The notes: a model not told the origin generated them from the letters alone. Positions 1 through 8,336 are shown, numbered from the stretch's first letter. The stretch is DNA of 64,000 nucleotides from Phototrophicaceae bacterium (GCA_965200325.1 OZ241335.1:2845135-2909134); one strand, 5' to 3'. Made by a program: numbers and translations.

Positions 1-1
1 A

Positions 2-340
2 AGTGGAGATGCCCGCTTCGTTCAGCAGCGTTTGGAAGACGCCGCCGATGCCGCTGAGGCGCGTCAAGTCGTCGGGCGGGGCGCTGTCCCTTTCATATTG
101 GATGGCGACGCGCTCGGCCAAGTCTTCGGCTTGCTTGGCGGCGTCGGCGGCCGCTTCGGCCACATCGTTGTCTGGCGGCGGCTCGCGGTCCAAGCTGAGC
201 CAGAGCAACAGGGCCAGGCCTAGCAGAGCCAGAGCCCATGACAGCGGGCCTGGGCCGGCCGCGAACAGGAGTGGTCCGCCCAAGACCAGCAAAACGGCCA
301 GCCGTTCAAGCTTGCTTGTCCTGTGCCAGATCTGCTTCAT
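2..340 (-). CDS. Partial membrane-anchored protein with helix-hairpin-helix-like motif (3' end beyond window edge)
   Basis: Own reverse translation from ATG at 340: MKQIWHRTSKLERLAVLLVLGGPLLFAAGPGPLSWALALLGLALLLWLS (two hydrophobic helices), then an acidic linker and DDLTRLSGIGGVFQTLLNEAGI (HhH-type GIG motif). Open to the window edge, so absent from the ORF track. The + strand ORF 3..374 looks like its shadow. Confidence 0.5.
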   Translation of the reverse strand, partial: MKQIWHRTSKLERLAVLLVLGGPLLFAAGPGPLSWALALLGLALLLWLSLDREPPPDNDVAEAAADAAKQAEDLAERVAIQYERDSAPPDDLTRLSGIGGVFQTLLNEAGIST

Positions 341-429
341 CTTGCGCTTCTGCCAATTTAGAACTTGCATTTAGCCTCGATTATAGCATATTTAGCGATA
401 CCGGCGGAATCATAAATAGGCCGCTGAAG

Positions 430-764
430 CGCGAAAGTAAGCCCAAGTTTGTATTGCAACTAAGAGAAAAGAAATTTAGCCACAGAAGTAAGTCCAAGTT
501 AATTATGCAACAAAATGAGGCGTAGCCGCATTTTCAACCCCACCGTAAATCCCTCCCCGAAGCTTCGGGTCGCGTAGACACTGACCTACGGGAGGGACTT
601 TCCTCCAAGCGCATCCATAGTTTTCGGGAGTTTTTCTCCCCTCCCCAAATCTTTGGGGCGCGTAGACACTGTCCTACGGGAGGGGCCGGGGGTAGGGTTG
701 AATCGAAGGCAAAAACTTGCAAAATTTACTTTGTTCTACTTCTGTAACTCTGTGGCTAAATTTC
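430..764. repeat. MITE/REP-like nested-palindrome element, copy A (full length plus an extra half-end)
   Basis: 471-510 GAAATTTAGCCACAGAAGTAAGTCCAAGTTAATTATGCAA is the imperfect inverse of 717-764 TTGCAAAATTTACTTTGTTCTACTTCTGTAACTCTGTGGCTAAATTTC. Inner pair CAACCCCACC (535-544) / GGTAGGGTTGAA (691-702). CCTCCCCGAAGCTTCGGG hairpin. Two GCGTAGACACTGNCCTACGGGAGGG modules. Extra end-like segment at 434-460. Confidence 0.8.
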
Positions 765-798
765 TGCTGCCTTAGAAAGCATATAACCAGGAGGAAAA

Positions 799-2415
799 AT
801 GGACTTTACCTTTGGCAAGCTGATTAGCGATGAACTCAAGCTGAGCAATCACCGCGCCGACCGCGCTGGCCTCCAGCACCAGCATCGAATCAGCCCGCTA
901 GACCCGGCGCCCGGCGAAACTGTCACTGTGCATCTGCGCAGTACAAGCGCCCCGGCCATCGAGCGGGCAGCCCTGCATTTCACCACCGACGGCTCGGATC
1001 CGCGGCAAGAGAACGACAGTGCGCAGACCGTCGAATTCCGCCGCGTCCGCACCGAATGGGATACGTTGGTCTGGGATTACATCAGCCACTGGCAAGCCGA
1101 GCTGCCGGCGCAAGCCGATGGCACGCTGGTAACTTATTACATTCGCGGCTGGACGGACACTGGCGCCCTAATGTATGCCGATTACCCGCTGGCCGAAGAG
1201 CGCGTGCAGCACGCGACCATGCAATTTTTTGGCAGCATCGCAGCCGACGCCGTCTTCACACCCAGCCCGCCGCCCGCTAAGCCGCCGCTGTTCTGCTACC
1301 ATGTTGACCGTATCGTGCCGCCAGAATGGGCTAAAAGCGCCATCATCTATCATATCTTCCTCGACCGTTTTTACCCGGGCGATGGCGGCGCTTGGCAGCA
1401 AACTAGCGACCTGAAAGGCATCTGTGGTGGCACGCTCTGGGGAGTGCGCGACAAGCTGGATTATTTGGCGCAGCTCGGTATCAACTGTCTCTGGCTCAGC
1501 CCGACTTGGGCTAGCCCCAGCAATCATGGCTATGATGTCGCCGATTATGAGCGAGTGGAGCCGCGCTTGGGCGGCGCGGCGGCTCTGCGGGCGGTGGTCG
1601 AAGGCGCGCATACGCGCGGCATCCGCGTCTTGCTCGATTTGGTCGCCAACCACCTCTCCAACGAACACCCTATCTTCCTCGACGCGCTGCAAAACGAGGA
1701 CAGCCCCTACCGCGACTGGTTCACATTTGACGCGCGCTATCGCCACGGCTATCGCAGCTTTTTTAATGTGAAGACCATGCCAAAAATCAATCTCGAAACC
1801 CCCGTCGCCCGCGACTGGATGATTGGCAATGCTATCAAGAGCTTGCAAGACTTTGATGTCGATGGCTTTCGCTTGGATGTGGCGGCGGGCGCGGGCCCAA
1901 ATTTTTGGACGCAGGCCCGGCCGCGCCTGCGCGCCATCAAGTCCGATTGCTTGCTGCTAGGCGAAATCATCGATACCCCGACTTACCTGCGCATGTACAG
2001 CGGGCGGCTGGATGGCTGCCTCGATTTTTCGCTGAACGAAGCCCTGCGCCAGACCTTCGCTTGGCAAAGCTGGGACGAGCAGCGCATGCGGGCCTTCATC
2101 GCCAGCCACCGCCGCTATTTTGACGCGGACTTCCTGCTGCCCAGCTTTATTGACAACCACGATATGGATCGTTTTTCGCATATCGCCGAGAACGACAATG
2201 AGAAACTCAAGCGGGCGGTAGCGACGCAGATGCGCCTGTCCAACCCGCCTGTCATCTTGTATGGCACGGAGGTTGGCCTGCGCCAGCCAATCAGCACGCG
2301 CGGCAATACGCTCGATGCCTGCCGCGTGCCGATGGTCTGGGACGAGCGGCAAGATGCCGACTTGCTCGCATTTTACCAGCGCGAAATCCAGCGGCGCAAA
2401 AGCGAAATGCTATAA
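799..2415 (+). CDS. Alpha-amylase family glycoside hydrolase (GH13; neopullulanase/maltodextrin glucosidase-like)
   Basis: 538 aa ORF with an AGGAGG RBS upstream. GH13 conserved regions present: DLVANH, GFRLDVAAG, LLGEI, FIDNHDMDR. Confidence 0.85.
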   Translation: MDFTFGKLISDELKLSNHRADRAGLQHQHRISPLDPAPGETVTVHLRSTSAPAIERAALHFTTDGSDPRQENDSAQTVEFRRVRTEWDTLVWDYISHWQAELPAQADGTLVTYYIRGWTDTGALMYADYPLAEERVQHATMQFFGSIAADAVFTPSPPPAKPPLFCYHVDRIVPPEWAKSAIIYHIFLDRFYPGDGGAWQQTSDLKGICGGTLWGVRDKLDYLAQLGINCLWLSPTWASPSNHGYDVADYERVEPRLGGAAALRAVVEGAHTRGIRVLLDLVANHLSNEHPIFLDALQNEDSPYRDWFTFDARYRHGYRSFFNVKTMPKINLETPVARDWMIGNAIKSLQDFDVDGFRLDVAAGAGPNFWTQARPRLRAIKSDCLLLGEIIDTPTYLRMYSGRLDGCLDFSLNEALRQTFAWQSWDEQRMRAFIASHRRYFDADFLLPSFIDNHDMDRFSHIAENDNEKLKRAVATQMRLSNPPVILYGTEVGLRQPISTRGNTLDACRVPMVWDERQDADLLAFYQREIQRRKSEML

Positions 2416-2449
2416 TTGACTCAGTGTCAAAGGAAACAGAGCGTATAAA

Positions 2450-2959
2450 ATGAGGACAGGCGTCACTAGCGTCTTTGTCGACGACCAAGACAAAGCGCTG
2501 AAATTCTATACCGAAACGCTAGGCTTTCAACTCAAAAACAACTTCCCGCTGGGCGATGGCAATAGCTGGCTGACCGTCGTCTCGCCCGAACAGCCCGATG
2601 GCACGGAGTTATTGCTCGAACTCAACGGGAATCCGATCGCCAGCGCCTTTCAGCAAGCCTGTTTTGAGCAAGGCCTCCCCGCGATCATTTTTTATGTCGA
2701 CGATGCCCAGGCCGAGCACGAGCGGCTGGCCGGGCTGTGCGTCGAATTCACCCTGCCCCCCACCGATATTGGGCCGACGGTCATGGCGATATTTAATGAT
2801 ACCTGCGGCAATCTGCTTCAGATTATACAGCAAAAAAGCGGCTTGGCAATGCTATTAGGAGTTTGCAAGACTTTGATGTCGACGGCTTTCGCTCGGATGC
2901 GGCGGCGGGCGCGGGCCAAAATTTTTGGACGCAGGCCCGGCCGCGCCCGCGTGCCATGA
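2450..2959 (+). CDS. VOC/glyoxalase-bleomycin resistance family protein, copy 1 (native 3' end replaced by duplication junction)
   Basis: First 129 aa are nearly identical to the 131-aa copy at 3055..3450. After QQKSG the ORF reads on about 38 aa out of frame through a remnant of the GH13 gene. Confidence 0.7.
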   Translation: MRTGVTSVFVDDQDKALKFYTETLGFQLKNNFPLGDGNSWLTVVSPEQPDGTELLLELNGNPIASAFQQACFEQGLPAIIFYVDDAQAEHERLAGLCVEFTLPPTDIGPTVMAIFNDTCGNLLQIIQQKSGLAMLLGVCKTLMSTAFARMRRRARAKIFGRRPGRARVP

Positions 2960-3020
2960 TGCCGACTTGCTCGCATTTTACCAGCGCGAAATCCAGCGGC
3001 GCAAAAGCGAAATGCTATAA
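2843..3020 (+). pseudogene. Internally deleted remnant of the upstream GH13 gene (duplicated 3' part)
   Basis: 2843-2956 matches 1823-1935 (GNAIKSLQDFDVDGFRLDVAAGAGPNFWTQARPR). 2957-3020 matches 2353-2415 including the stop. About 417 bp of the parent are missing. The track ORF 2863..3051 is this fragment. Confidence 0.8.
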
Positions 3021-3054
3021 TAGACTCAGTCTAAAAGGAAACGGAGCGTAGAAA

Positions 3055-3450
3055 ATGAGAATAGGCGTCACCAGCGTCTTTGTCGATGACCAAGACAAAG
3101 CGCTGAAATTCTATACCGAAACGCTAGGCTTTCAACTCAAAAACAACTTCCCGCTGGGCGATGGCAATAGCTGGCTGACCGTCGTCTCGCCCGAACAGCC
3201 CGATGGCACGGAGTTATTGCTCGAACCCAACGGGACTCCGATCGCCAGCACCTTTCAGAAAGCCTGTTTTGAGCAAGGCCTCGCCGCGATCATTTTTTAT
3301 GTCGACGATGCCCAGGCCGAGCACGAGCGGCTGGCCGGGCTGGGCGTCGAATTCACCCTGCCCCCCACCGATATTGGGCCGGCGGTCATGGCGATATTTA
3401 ATGATACCTGCGGCAACCTGCTTCAGATTGTGCAGCAAAAAGGCGGCTAA
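3055..3450 (+). CDS. VOC/glyoxalase-bleomycin resistance family protein, copy 2 (intact)
   Basis: 131 aa. Same upstream leader (aaaggaaacGgagcgtaGaaaATG) as copy 1. Typical small VOC-fold size and sequence. Confidence 0.8.
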   Translation: MRIGVTSVFVDDQDKALKFYTETLGFQLKNNFPLGDGNSWLTVVSPEQPDGTELLLEPNGTPIASTFQKACFEQGLAAIIFYVDDAQAEHERLAGLGVEFTLPPTDIGPAVMAIFNDTCGNLLQIVQQKGG

Positions 3451-3460
3451 GTGAGCGTCC

Positions 3461-3627
3461 TAAGTAAGCCCAAGTTAATTATGCAAAAATGTGAGGTGCG
3501 GTTTTCAACCCCACGATGGCGCTCCCTCCCCGAAGCTTCGGGGCGCGTAGACACTGACCTACGGGAGGGGCCAGGGGTGGGGTTGAAACGAACACGTAAA
3601 ATTTGCAAAATTTAGCTTGTCCTACTT
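3461..3627. repeat. MITE/REP-like element, copy B
   Basis: TAAGTAAGCCCAAGTTAATTATGCAA ... TTTTCAACCCCAC ... CCCTCCCCGAAGCTTCGGGGCGCGTAGACACTGACCTACGGGAGGGGCCAGGGGTGGGGTTGAAA ... TTTGCAAAATTTAGCTTGTCCTACTTA. Sits between convergent genes. Its last bases overlap the stop codon of 3626..4804. Confidence 0.8.
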
Positions 3628-4804
3628 AGCCGCCGTGCTGCCGCAGCAAGCGCAGCGCGCTCTCGGCCATAACACCGACGCCGATGGGCAGGCAGCCCTC
3701 GTGAATATCGAAGATGGGACTGTGGTGCGGCCGATTCAACGAGTCAAGTTTAGCGCCTAGGCGCAGCATCGCGCCGGGCGCTTTTTGCGTCATATAAGCA
3801 AAATCCTCGCCCGCCATAATTGGCTCGCCCTCGCCCGCTTGCGCCGCGCCCAGAAAATCCCGCCCGACTTCGCGTATCAAGGCGGCAACCCCCGGGTCGT
3901 TATACAGCGCGGGATAACCGGTTGAGATGTTCAATTCATAATCGCCGCCAAAATGCCGCGTCAGGGCAAAAGCCTCTTCCACCAAGCGATGGATTTCTTC
4001 CCGCGCCTCTTGCTCAAAGGTGCGGATGGTGCCGGTCATAAGCACTTCGTTGGGGATGACATTAGGCGCGATACCCGCATGGATCGAGCCGATGGAGACC
4101 ACCGAGCGTTCGGTGGGATTGCGGCGGCGGCCGCGAATGGCTTGCAGGGCATTGACCACCTGCGCTTGCAGCCAAATCGGGTCCAAGCCAACATGCGGCG
4201 CGGCGCCATGCGTGCCTTCGCCGACGATTTTCGCTTCAAAAGAATCGGGCGCCGCCAGCGCAAAACCATCAGTTACATCTACCCGCCCCATCGGCGCGCC
4301 ACTGGTAACATGGCAGGCGATGACCGCGTCCAAGTCATCCAGCGCTTTCTGCTCCACCATCAGGCTGCCGCCGCTATGCCCATCTTCGGGCCGCCAGCGC
4401 TCTTCGCTGGGCTGGAACAGCAGGCGGATTTCGCCCGCTGGCCGCTCGGGCAGCTCATTGAGCAGCTGCGCCACGCCGAGCAGCATCGAAGTATGGGCGT
4501 CGTGGCCGCAGGCGTGCATGAGACCGGGCGTCTGCGACTTATATGGCACATCGTTGGCTTCTTGGATGGGCAGGGCATCCATATCGGCGCGGATGCCGAC
4601 GGCTGGCCGGCCTTCGCCGATACGGGCGACCACGCCCGTTTCCGCCACGCCGACTTCGACCTCGATACCCATCTGCCGCAGGGCTTCGGCGACCAGGCGC
4701 GAAGTGCGCTGCTCTTCGAAGCCTAGCTCTGGGTGCATGTGAATATCACGCCGCCAAGCGACTAATTGCGCCTGCATCTCCTGCGCTTTTTGCATAACCG
4801 TCAT
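3626..4804 (-). CDS. M20D family amidohydrolase (N-acyl-amino acid amidohydrolase/hippurate hydrolase-like)
   Basis: 392 aa with the HACGHDAH metal-binding motif and typical M20D length. Confidence 0.8.
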   Translation of the reverse strand: MTVMQKAQEMQAQLVAWRRDIHMHPELGFEEQRTSRLVAEALRQMGIEVEVGVAETGVVARIGEGRPAVGIRADMDALPIQEANDVPYKSQTPGLMHACGHDAHTSMLLGVAQLLNELPERPAGEIRLLFQPSEERWRPEDGHSGGSLMVEQKALDDLDAVIACHVTSGAPMGRVDVTDGFALAAPDSFEAKIVGEGTHGAAPHVGLDPIWLQAQVVNALQAIRGRRRNPTERSVVSIGSIHAGIAPNVIPNEVLMTGTIRTFEQEAREEIHRLVEEAFALTRHFGGDYELNISTGYPALYNDPGVAALIREVGRDFLGAAQAGEGEPIMAGEDFAYMTQKAPGAMLRLGAKLDSLNRPHHSPIFDIHEGCLPIGVGVMAESALRLLRQHGG

Positions 4805-4891
4805 CGTTCTATCCTCAGAATTCTCTTAGATTTGCCCGCTATTGTAGCGGATATAGCGCCCGCTTTCGAGTGAAGAATCGTCAAAGAGGCG

Positions 4892-5034
4892 CAGAAGTAA
4901 GCTCAAATTCGTATTGCGACTGGGAAACAGGATAATTGCCACAGAGACATAGACGTAGAACAAAGTAAATTTTGCAAGTTTTGCCTTCGATTCAACCCCA
5001 CATCAAATTTTGCATAATTAACTTGGACTCACTG
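4892..5034. repeat. MITE/REP-like element, copy C (core-less: ends only)
   Basis: CAGAAGTAAGCTCAAATTCGTATTGCGAC, then CCACAGAGA..GTAGAACAAAGTAAATTTTGCAAGTTTTGCCTTCGATTCAACCCCAC joined directly to ATCAAATTTTGCATAATTAACTTGGACTCACTG. Both end types are present, but no GC hairpin modules. Confidence 0.7.
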
Positions 5035-5055
5035 AGAAATGAGACTGCTTTTAAG

Positions 5056-5718
5056 TTAGCCGCCGGCGCTATTCTCTAGCGGGCAGCCCCGATTCGATGC
5101 CGGACCAGCCACCTGCGGGCAGTCGTCCTGCGCGCTATCCAGGCCATCGTCGTCAAAATCGCGGCAGCCGCGCGGGTTGTCGGGCGCATACTCATTCGGG
5201 CAAAAATCGGCGTCGCCGCGCCAGCCATCGCGGTCCGGGTCATCGGGATAAGGACAGCCAGCGTTATCGGCATAGCCAAATTCCGTCGGGCAATCGTCAG
5301 CCGCATCCGCCACAGTATCGCCATCGGCATCGGCAATGCTTGGGGTGGCGCTGGGCAATAGCGTCGGCGACGGGCTGATAGAAACCTGCGCCGTGTTTGT
5401 CGGCACGGGAATCGGCGTCGGCGGCACAAACTGCACCGGCGTGGCTGGCCGCGGCTGGCTCAGTGGCGTATGCGTCGGCAAGACGGGCGGCGCAGTCGTG
5501 GCTGTTGGCAGGTTGAGGTCAGCGCCGAGCGGCGTAAAAGTCGCAGCCTCAGTCGCCGTCTCGGTTGCCTGCGCCGCCGGCAAGTCCAGCGGGGCGCTGC
5601 CTATAATAAAGATGGCAAAAGCGTAACAGGGAAATGTGCCGAGGATTATCAGCAGCATCAGCAGGCGCAAGCTCTGATTGCGGTTGTTAGGACCTTGCAG
5701 GGCATCGAGCGTTCTCAT
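5056..5718 (-). CDS. Membrane-anchored Pro/Thr-rich protein with thrombospondin type-3-like calcium-binding repeats
   Basis: N-terminal TM (LLMLLIILGTFPCYAFAIFIIG), PT-rich linker, then three D-x-D-x-D-G-x-x-D-x-x-D-x-C-P units (DADGDTVADAADDCP, DPDRDGWRGDADFCP, DFDDDGLDSAQDDCP). Confidence 0.6.
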   Translation of the reverse strand: MRTLDALQGPNNRNQSLRLLMLLIILGTFPCYAFAIFIIGSAPLDLPAAQATETATEAATFTPLGADLNLPTATTAPPVLPTHTPLSQPRPATPVQFVPPTPIPVPTNTAQVSISPSPTLLPSATPSIADADGDTVADAADDCPTEFGYADNAGCPYPDDPDRDGWRGDADFCPNEYAPDNPRGCRDFDDDGLDSAQDDCPQVAGPASNRGCPLENSAGG

Positions 5719-5811
5719 CGCGGCTCTCGGGTAGCTGGACAGGGGCAGACAGCGCGGCCTGCGCGCAACAGTTAATTTTAGCGGAAGCGCCAGATTTTGC
5801 GCCGCCTGTGC

Positions 5812-7647
5812 TTAGAGATTGCGAATCTGATACAAGTCGCCATCGGCGAAGCCGCGTTTGCGGTAATAGGCGCGGGTGCCAATGGCGGAGATGACTGCCA
5901 GTCGCTGATAGCCGGCGGCGCTGGCCAGCCTAACGGCTTCTTCAATCAAGCGGCTGCCTAAGCCGGCGTGCTGGGCTCGCCCGGTCTGCGTCGCGCCCAA
6001 GCCCAAGGCTAAACCATAGACATGCACTTCGCGGATCATGGCGCAGCCGCGCAATTCTTCCAGCAGCGGCGCTGCGCCCAGGTCCGGCAGAGACAGGCGC
6101 AAGAAAGCGGCGATGTCGCGCTCGGCCGTAACATATTGCAGGAAAATTTCTTCGCCAATGCTGGAGCTATAGCGCAGAGAATCCAGCTGCAAGTCGGCGC
6201 TGGCGACGCGCTTCTTGCGAATTTCCCGCGCGCGGATGTCAACGCTGCGCTGGCCCTGGCGCTCCAGCTCCCGCTCGACCAACTGGCGGAAGTTCGTCAC
6301 CTTGTTGCCATCGACGATGTCGGTGCCAGGGATATCGCGGATGACCCGCGTCAAGCGGCAGTACTCTGGCGTCTGCTTGAAGCAGTGTACCAGCAATTCG
6401 AGCAGCTCAGCCTGCGTATAAGGCCGCCATTCGCCCGCCTGATACTGCTGCATGAGTTCGGCGCTTTCGATGAGCGAACAAGGATAAATCTTCAGCTCGT
6501 CCGGGCGAAACGCTGGGTCATCGAAGAGCAGCGCATAATCCGCTTGGTCGGCTTTGGGCGATGCGCCATAGAGGTTGGGCATCCAGTGGGCGTGGATTTT
6601 GAAACCCGCCTGGCGCAGCAGGCGCAGGGCGCGCCGCGTCGCCGCCACATCATGCCCGCGTTTGTTCAGCGCCAAGACGCGATCATTCAAACTTTGGATG
6701 CCGATTTGCACTTTTGTCGCGCCCAGCCGCCGAACGCGGATGACTTCAGCGGCGCTGATGTGGTCGGGGCGCGTCTCGATGACCAGGCCGACGGCGCGGC
6801 AGGCGGCATTTTCGTTTTGACGCTGCGCCGCTTCCAATTCGGCCCAGGTCGCGTATTCATCGACGGCGCTGCGCGGCTGCGCGCCGCTGGCAATCTCTTG
6901 GGCGACGGCCCGCGACCGTTGCATCTCCGCGGCATAGATGTTCTGCACCGTCTGATTGTAAGTTGCTGTCAGCGCCGCGCCCTGCAGCCGCACATTGCTG
7001 ATAGGCCCGCCATTGAATTGTGATTTTTCGCGCAAGGCGGCTCTAACTTGGGCGCGGCGGTCTCGGCCTTGCCCAAAATCGTGCAGCGCGTCAAAAATGC
7101 GCTTGACGAACCAAATTTGGTAGGTCTCGGGATAGAAAGACCAGGTGCCGCCAAGGATGATGATTTCGATTTTGGCAGTGGAATGCCCTAGGTTGTGATA
7201 GGTCTGCAAACGCATATAGGTCTGCAAATAGGGGTCGAAAGCGTTCTTTTCGGCGCGCTGGGCGCCGGGTTCATCGGCCAGATAGCTCTTGGGCATGCGC
7301 ACATCGCTAGGGCAGAAGATGCAGGTGCCTGGGCAAGGGAAAGGTTTGGTCAGCAGGGTCAAAGGCGTAACGCCCGACATAGTGCGCACGGGCTTGCGCC
7401 GCAGCTTGTATAGCAGGCTTTCGTCATAGTCTGGCAAGCCGTCTTGCCCGGCAAAAGCGCGCCAGCCATCCACCAGATTCGCCAGGCTATAGAAGCCCGC
7501 GCCATCCGGTTTGGGATGCCGTCGCATCAACTGTTGATGCTCACGCGGGCTGAGGCGGCGCGGCGCAGCCAAAATGACTTTGAGCAGCGGAATAAGCCGC
7601 TCGCGGTGCGCCTGCACATCAAAATCGTATTTGCGGTCTTTTAACAC
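5812..7647 (-). CDS. elp3: Elp3-like radical SAM + GNAT acetyltransferase (tRNA U34 modification enzyme homologue)
   Basis: 611 aa, GTG start. Cys cluster CPGTCIFCP in the N-terminal half. C-terminal GNAT motif QHAGLGSRLIEEA. Overall Elp3 length and architecture. Confidence 0.75.
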   Translation of the reverse strand: MLKDRKYDFDVQAHRERLIPLLKVILAAPRRLSPREHQQLMRRHPKPDGAGFYSLANLVDGWRAFAGQDGLPDYDESLLYKLRRKPVRTMSGVTPLTLLTKPFPCPGTCIFCPSDVRMPKSYLADEPGAQRAEKNAFDPYLQTYMRLQTYHNLGHSTAKIEIIILGGTWSFYPETYQIWFVKRIFDALHDFGQGRDRRAQVRAALREKSQFNGGPISNVRLQGAALTATYNQTVQNIYAAEMQRSRAVAQEIASGAQPRSAVDEYATWAELEAAQRQNENAACRAVGLVIETRPDHISAAEVIRVRRLGATKVQIGIQSLNDRVLALNKRGHDVAATRRALRLLRQAGFKIHAHWMPNLYGASPKADQADYALLFDDPAFRPDELKIYPCSLIESAELMQQYQAGEWRPYTQAELLELLVHCFKQTPEYCRLTRVIRDIPGTDIVDGNKVTNFRQLVERELERQGQRSVDIRAREIRKKRVASADLQLDSLRYSSSIGEEIFLQYVTAERDIAAFLRLSLPDLGAAPLLEELRGCAMIREVHVYGLALGLGATQTGRAQHAGLGSRLIEEAVRLASAAGYQRLAVISAIGTRAYYRKRGFADGDLYQIRNL

Positions 7648-7760
7648 GATTTGCGTTCCGCCCCTTTGCCTCAGTCTATTCTAGCGGCGAAGCGGCAAAA
7701 TATAAACGCGGACTTCTCCAGACCTGGCGCAGGCTAGTTTTTCTTGTGATTGGGGGATAG

Positions 7761-7976
7761 CCACAGAAGTAGGACAAACTAAATTTTGCAGGTTTTATGC
7801 CTTGTCTCAACCCCACCCCCGGCCCCTCCCCGAAGCTTCGGGGAGGGGAGTCTAAGCGACAAAAACTGGTCGCTAGACACTGGCCGCCGGTCGCATAAAC
7901 ACTGCTCTACGGGAGGGGCGGGGGTGGGGTTGAAAATGCGGCTAGCCTCATTTTTGCATAATTAACTTGGACTTAC
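7761..7976. repeat. MITE/REP-like element, copy D
   Basis: CCACAGAAGTAGGACAAACTAAATTTTGCAGG ... CTCAACCCCACCCCCGGCCCCTCCCCGAAGCTTCGGGGAGGGG ... CTACGGGAGGGGCGGGGGTGGGGTTGAAAA ... TTTTTGCATAATTAACTTGGACTTAC. Confidence 0.8.
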
Positions 7977-8060
7977 GTCGCTTGCATAATAGAGCGTTTT
8001 TTTGCTATGCTAGAAGAGAAATGTCTTGCCATCTGTTTAAGCAGAAAAAGAAGGCTTCAA

Positions 8061-8318
8061 ATGGATACTGTCCCCCGTATAGCAAAAAAGCGCCAAGCGG
8101 CTGAGATTGAAGAGCTAGCGCACCGAGAACCGACTAAAGAAGAGTTGCTAGCCGATATCGAACAGGCTTTTAGGGATATTTTCGCGGGCGACCCAGGCGA
8201 AGATGCTTTTGAATTTTTGGCCGAGCTTAAAGGCGAGTCTGCGCAAGAGTGCGAAGAGATAGACAGCAGGAAGCGAGCCACCCTGAAGGTATTGGATAAG
8301 ACTCGGCCCCGAAGCTGA
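8061..8318 (+). CDS. Putative antitoxin partner of the downstream RelE-like toxin
   Basis: 85 aa acidic protein, RBS aaagaagg before ATG 8061, ends 18 nt before the toxin gene. No recognisable DNA-binding motif by eye, so the role is inferred from position only. Confidence 0.4.
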   Translation: MDTVPRIAKKRQAAEIEELAHREPTKEELLADIEQAFRDIFAGDPGEDAFEFLAELKGESAQECEEIDSRKRATLKVLDKTRPRS

Positions 8319-8336
8319 GCTCAAACGCGAACACTG

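Noticed and set aside
534-722. Track ORFs lying inside repeat copies: 534..722(-), 12908..13285(+), 17265..17573(-), 17356..17697(+), 40309..40500(+), 50053..50328(+). They give similar peptides (LPPAPP, PSPKLWGG, FGEGPG).
   Set aside because: The similarity comes from translating the same repeated DNA in different frames and orientations. There are no RBS or start contexts, and they overlap hairpin modules.
1168-1848. Long antisense or alternative-frame ORFs inside confident genes. Examples: 1168..1848(-), 3953..4726(+), 4020..4742(+), 6022..7023(+), 21809..22546(-), 29690..30217(-), 36526..37179(-), 40911..41585(-), 40996..41619(+), 41734..42372(+), 42400..43068(+), 50315..51358(+), 57665..58228(+), 62583..63227(-), 62953..63891(+).
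   Set aside because: These are typical shadow ORFs of GC-rich DNA. They have Arg/Ala/Pro/Gly-rich low-complexity translations and no recognisable motifs, and each overlaps a gene with strong family signatures on the other strand or frame.
2863-3051. 62-aa ORF between the two VOC genes
   Set aside because: It is the in-frame read of the duplicated, internally deleted GH13 fragment, running on through the stop region into the leader. It has no start context of its own.
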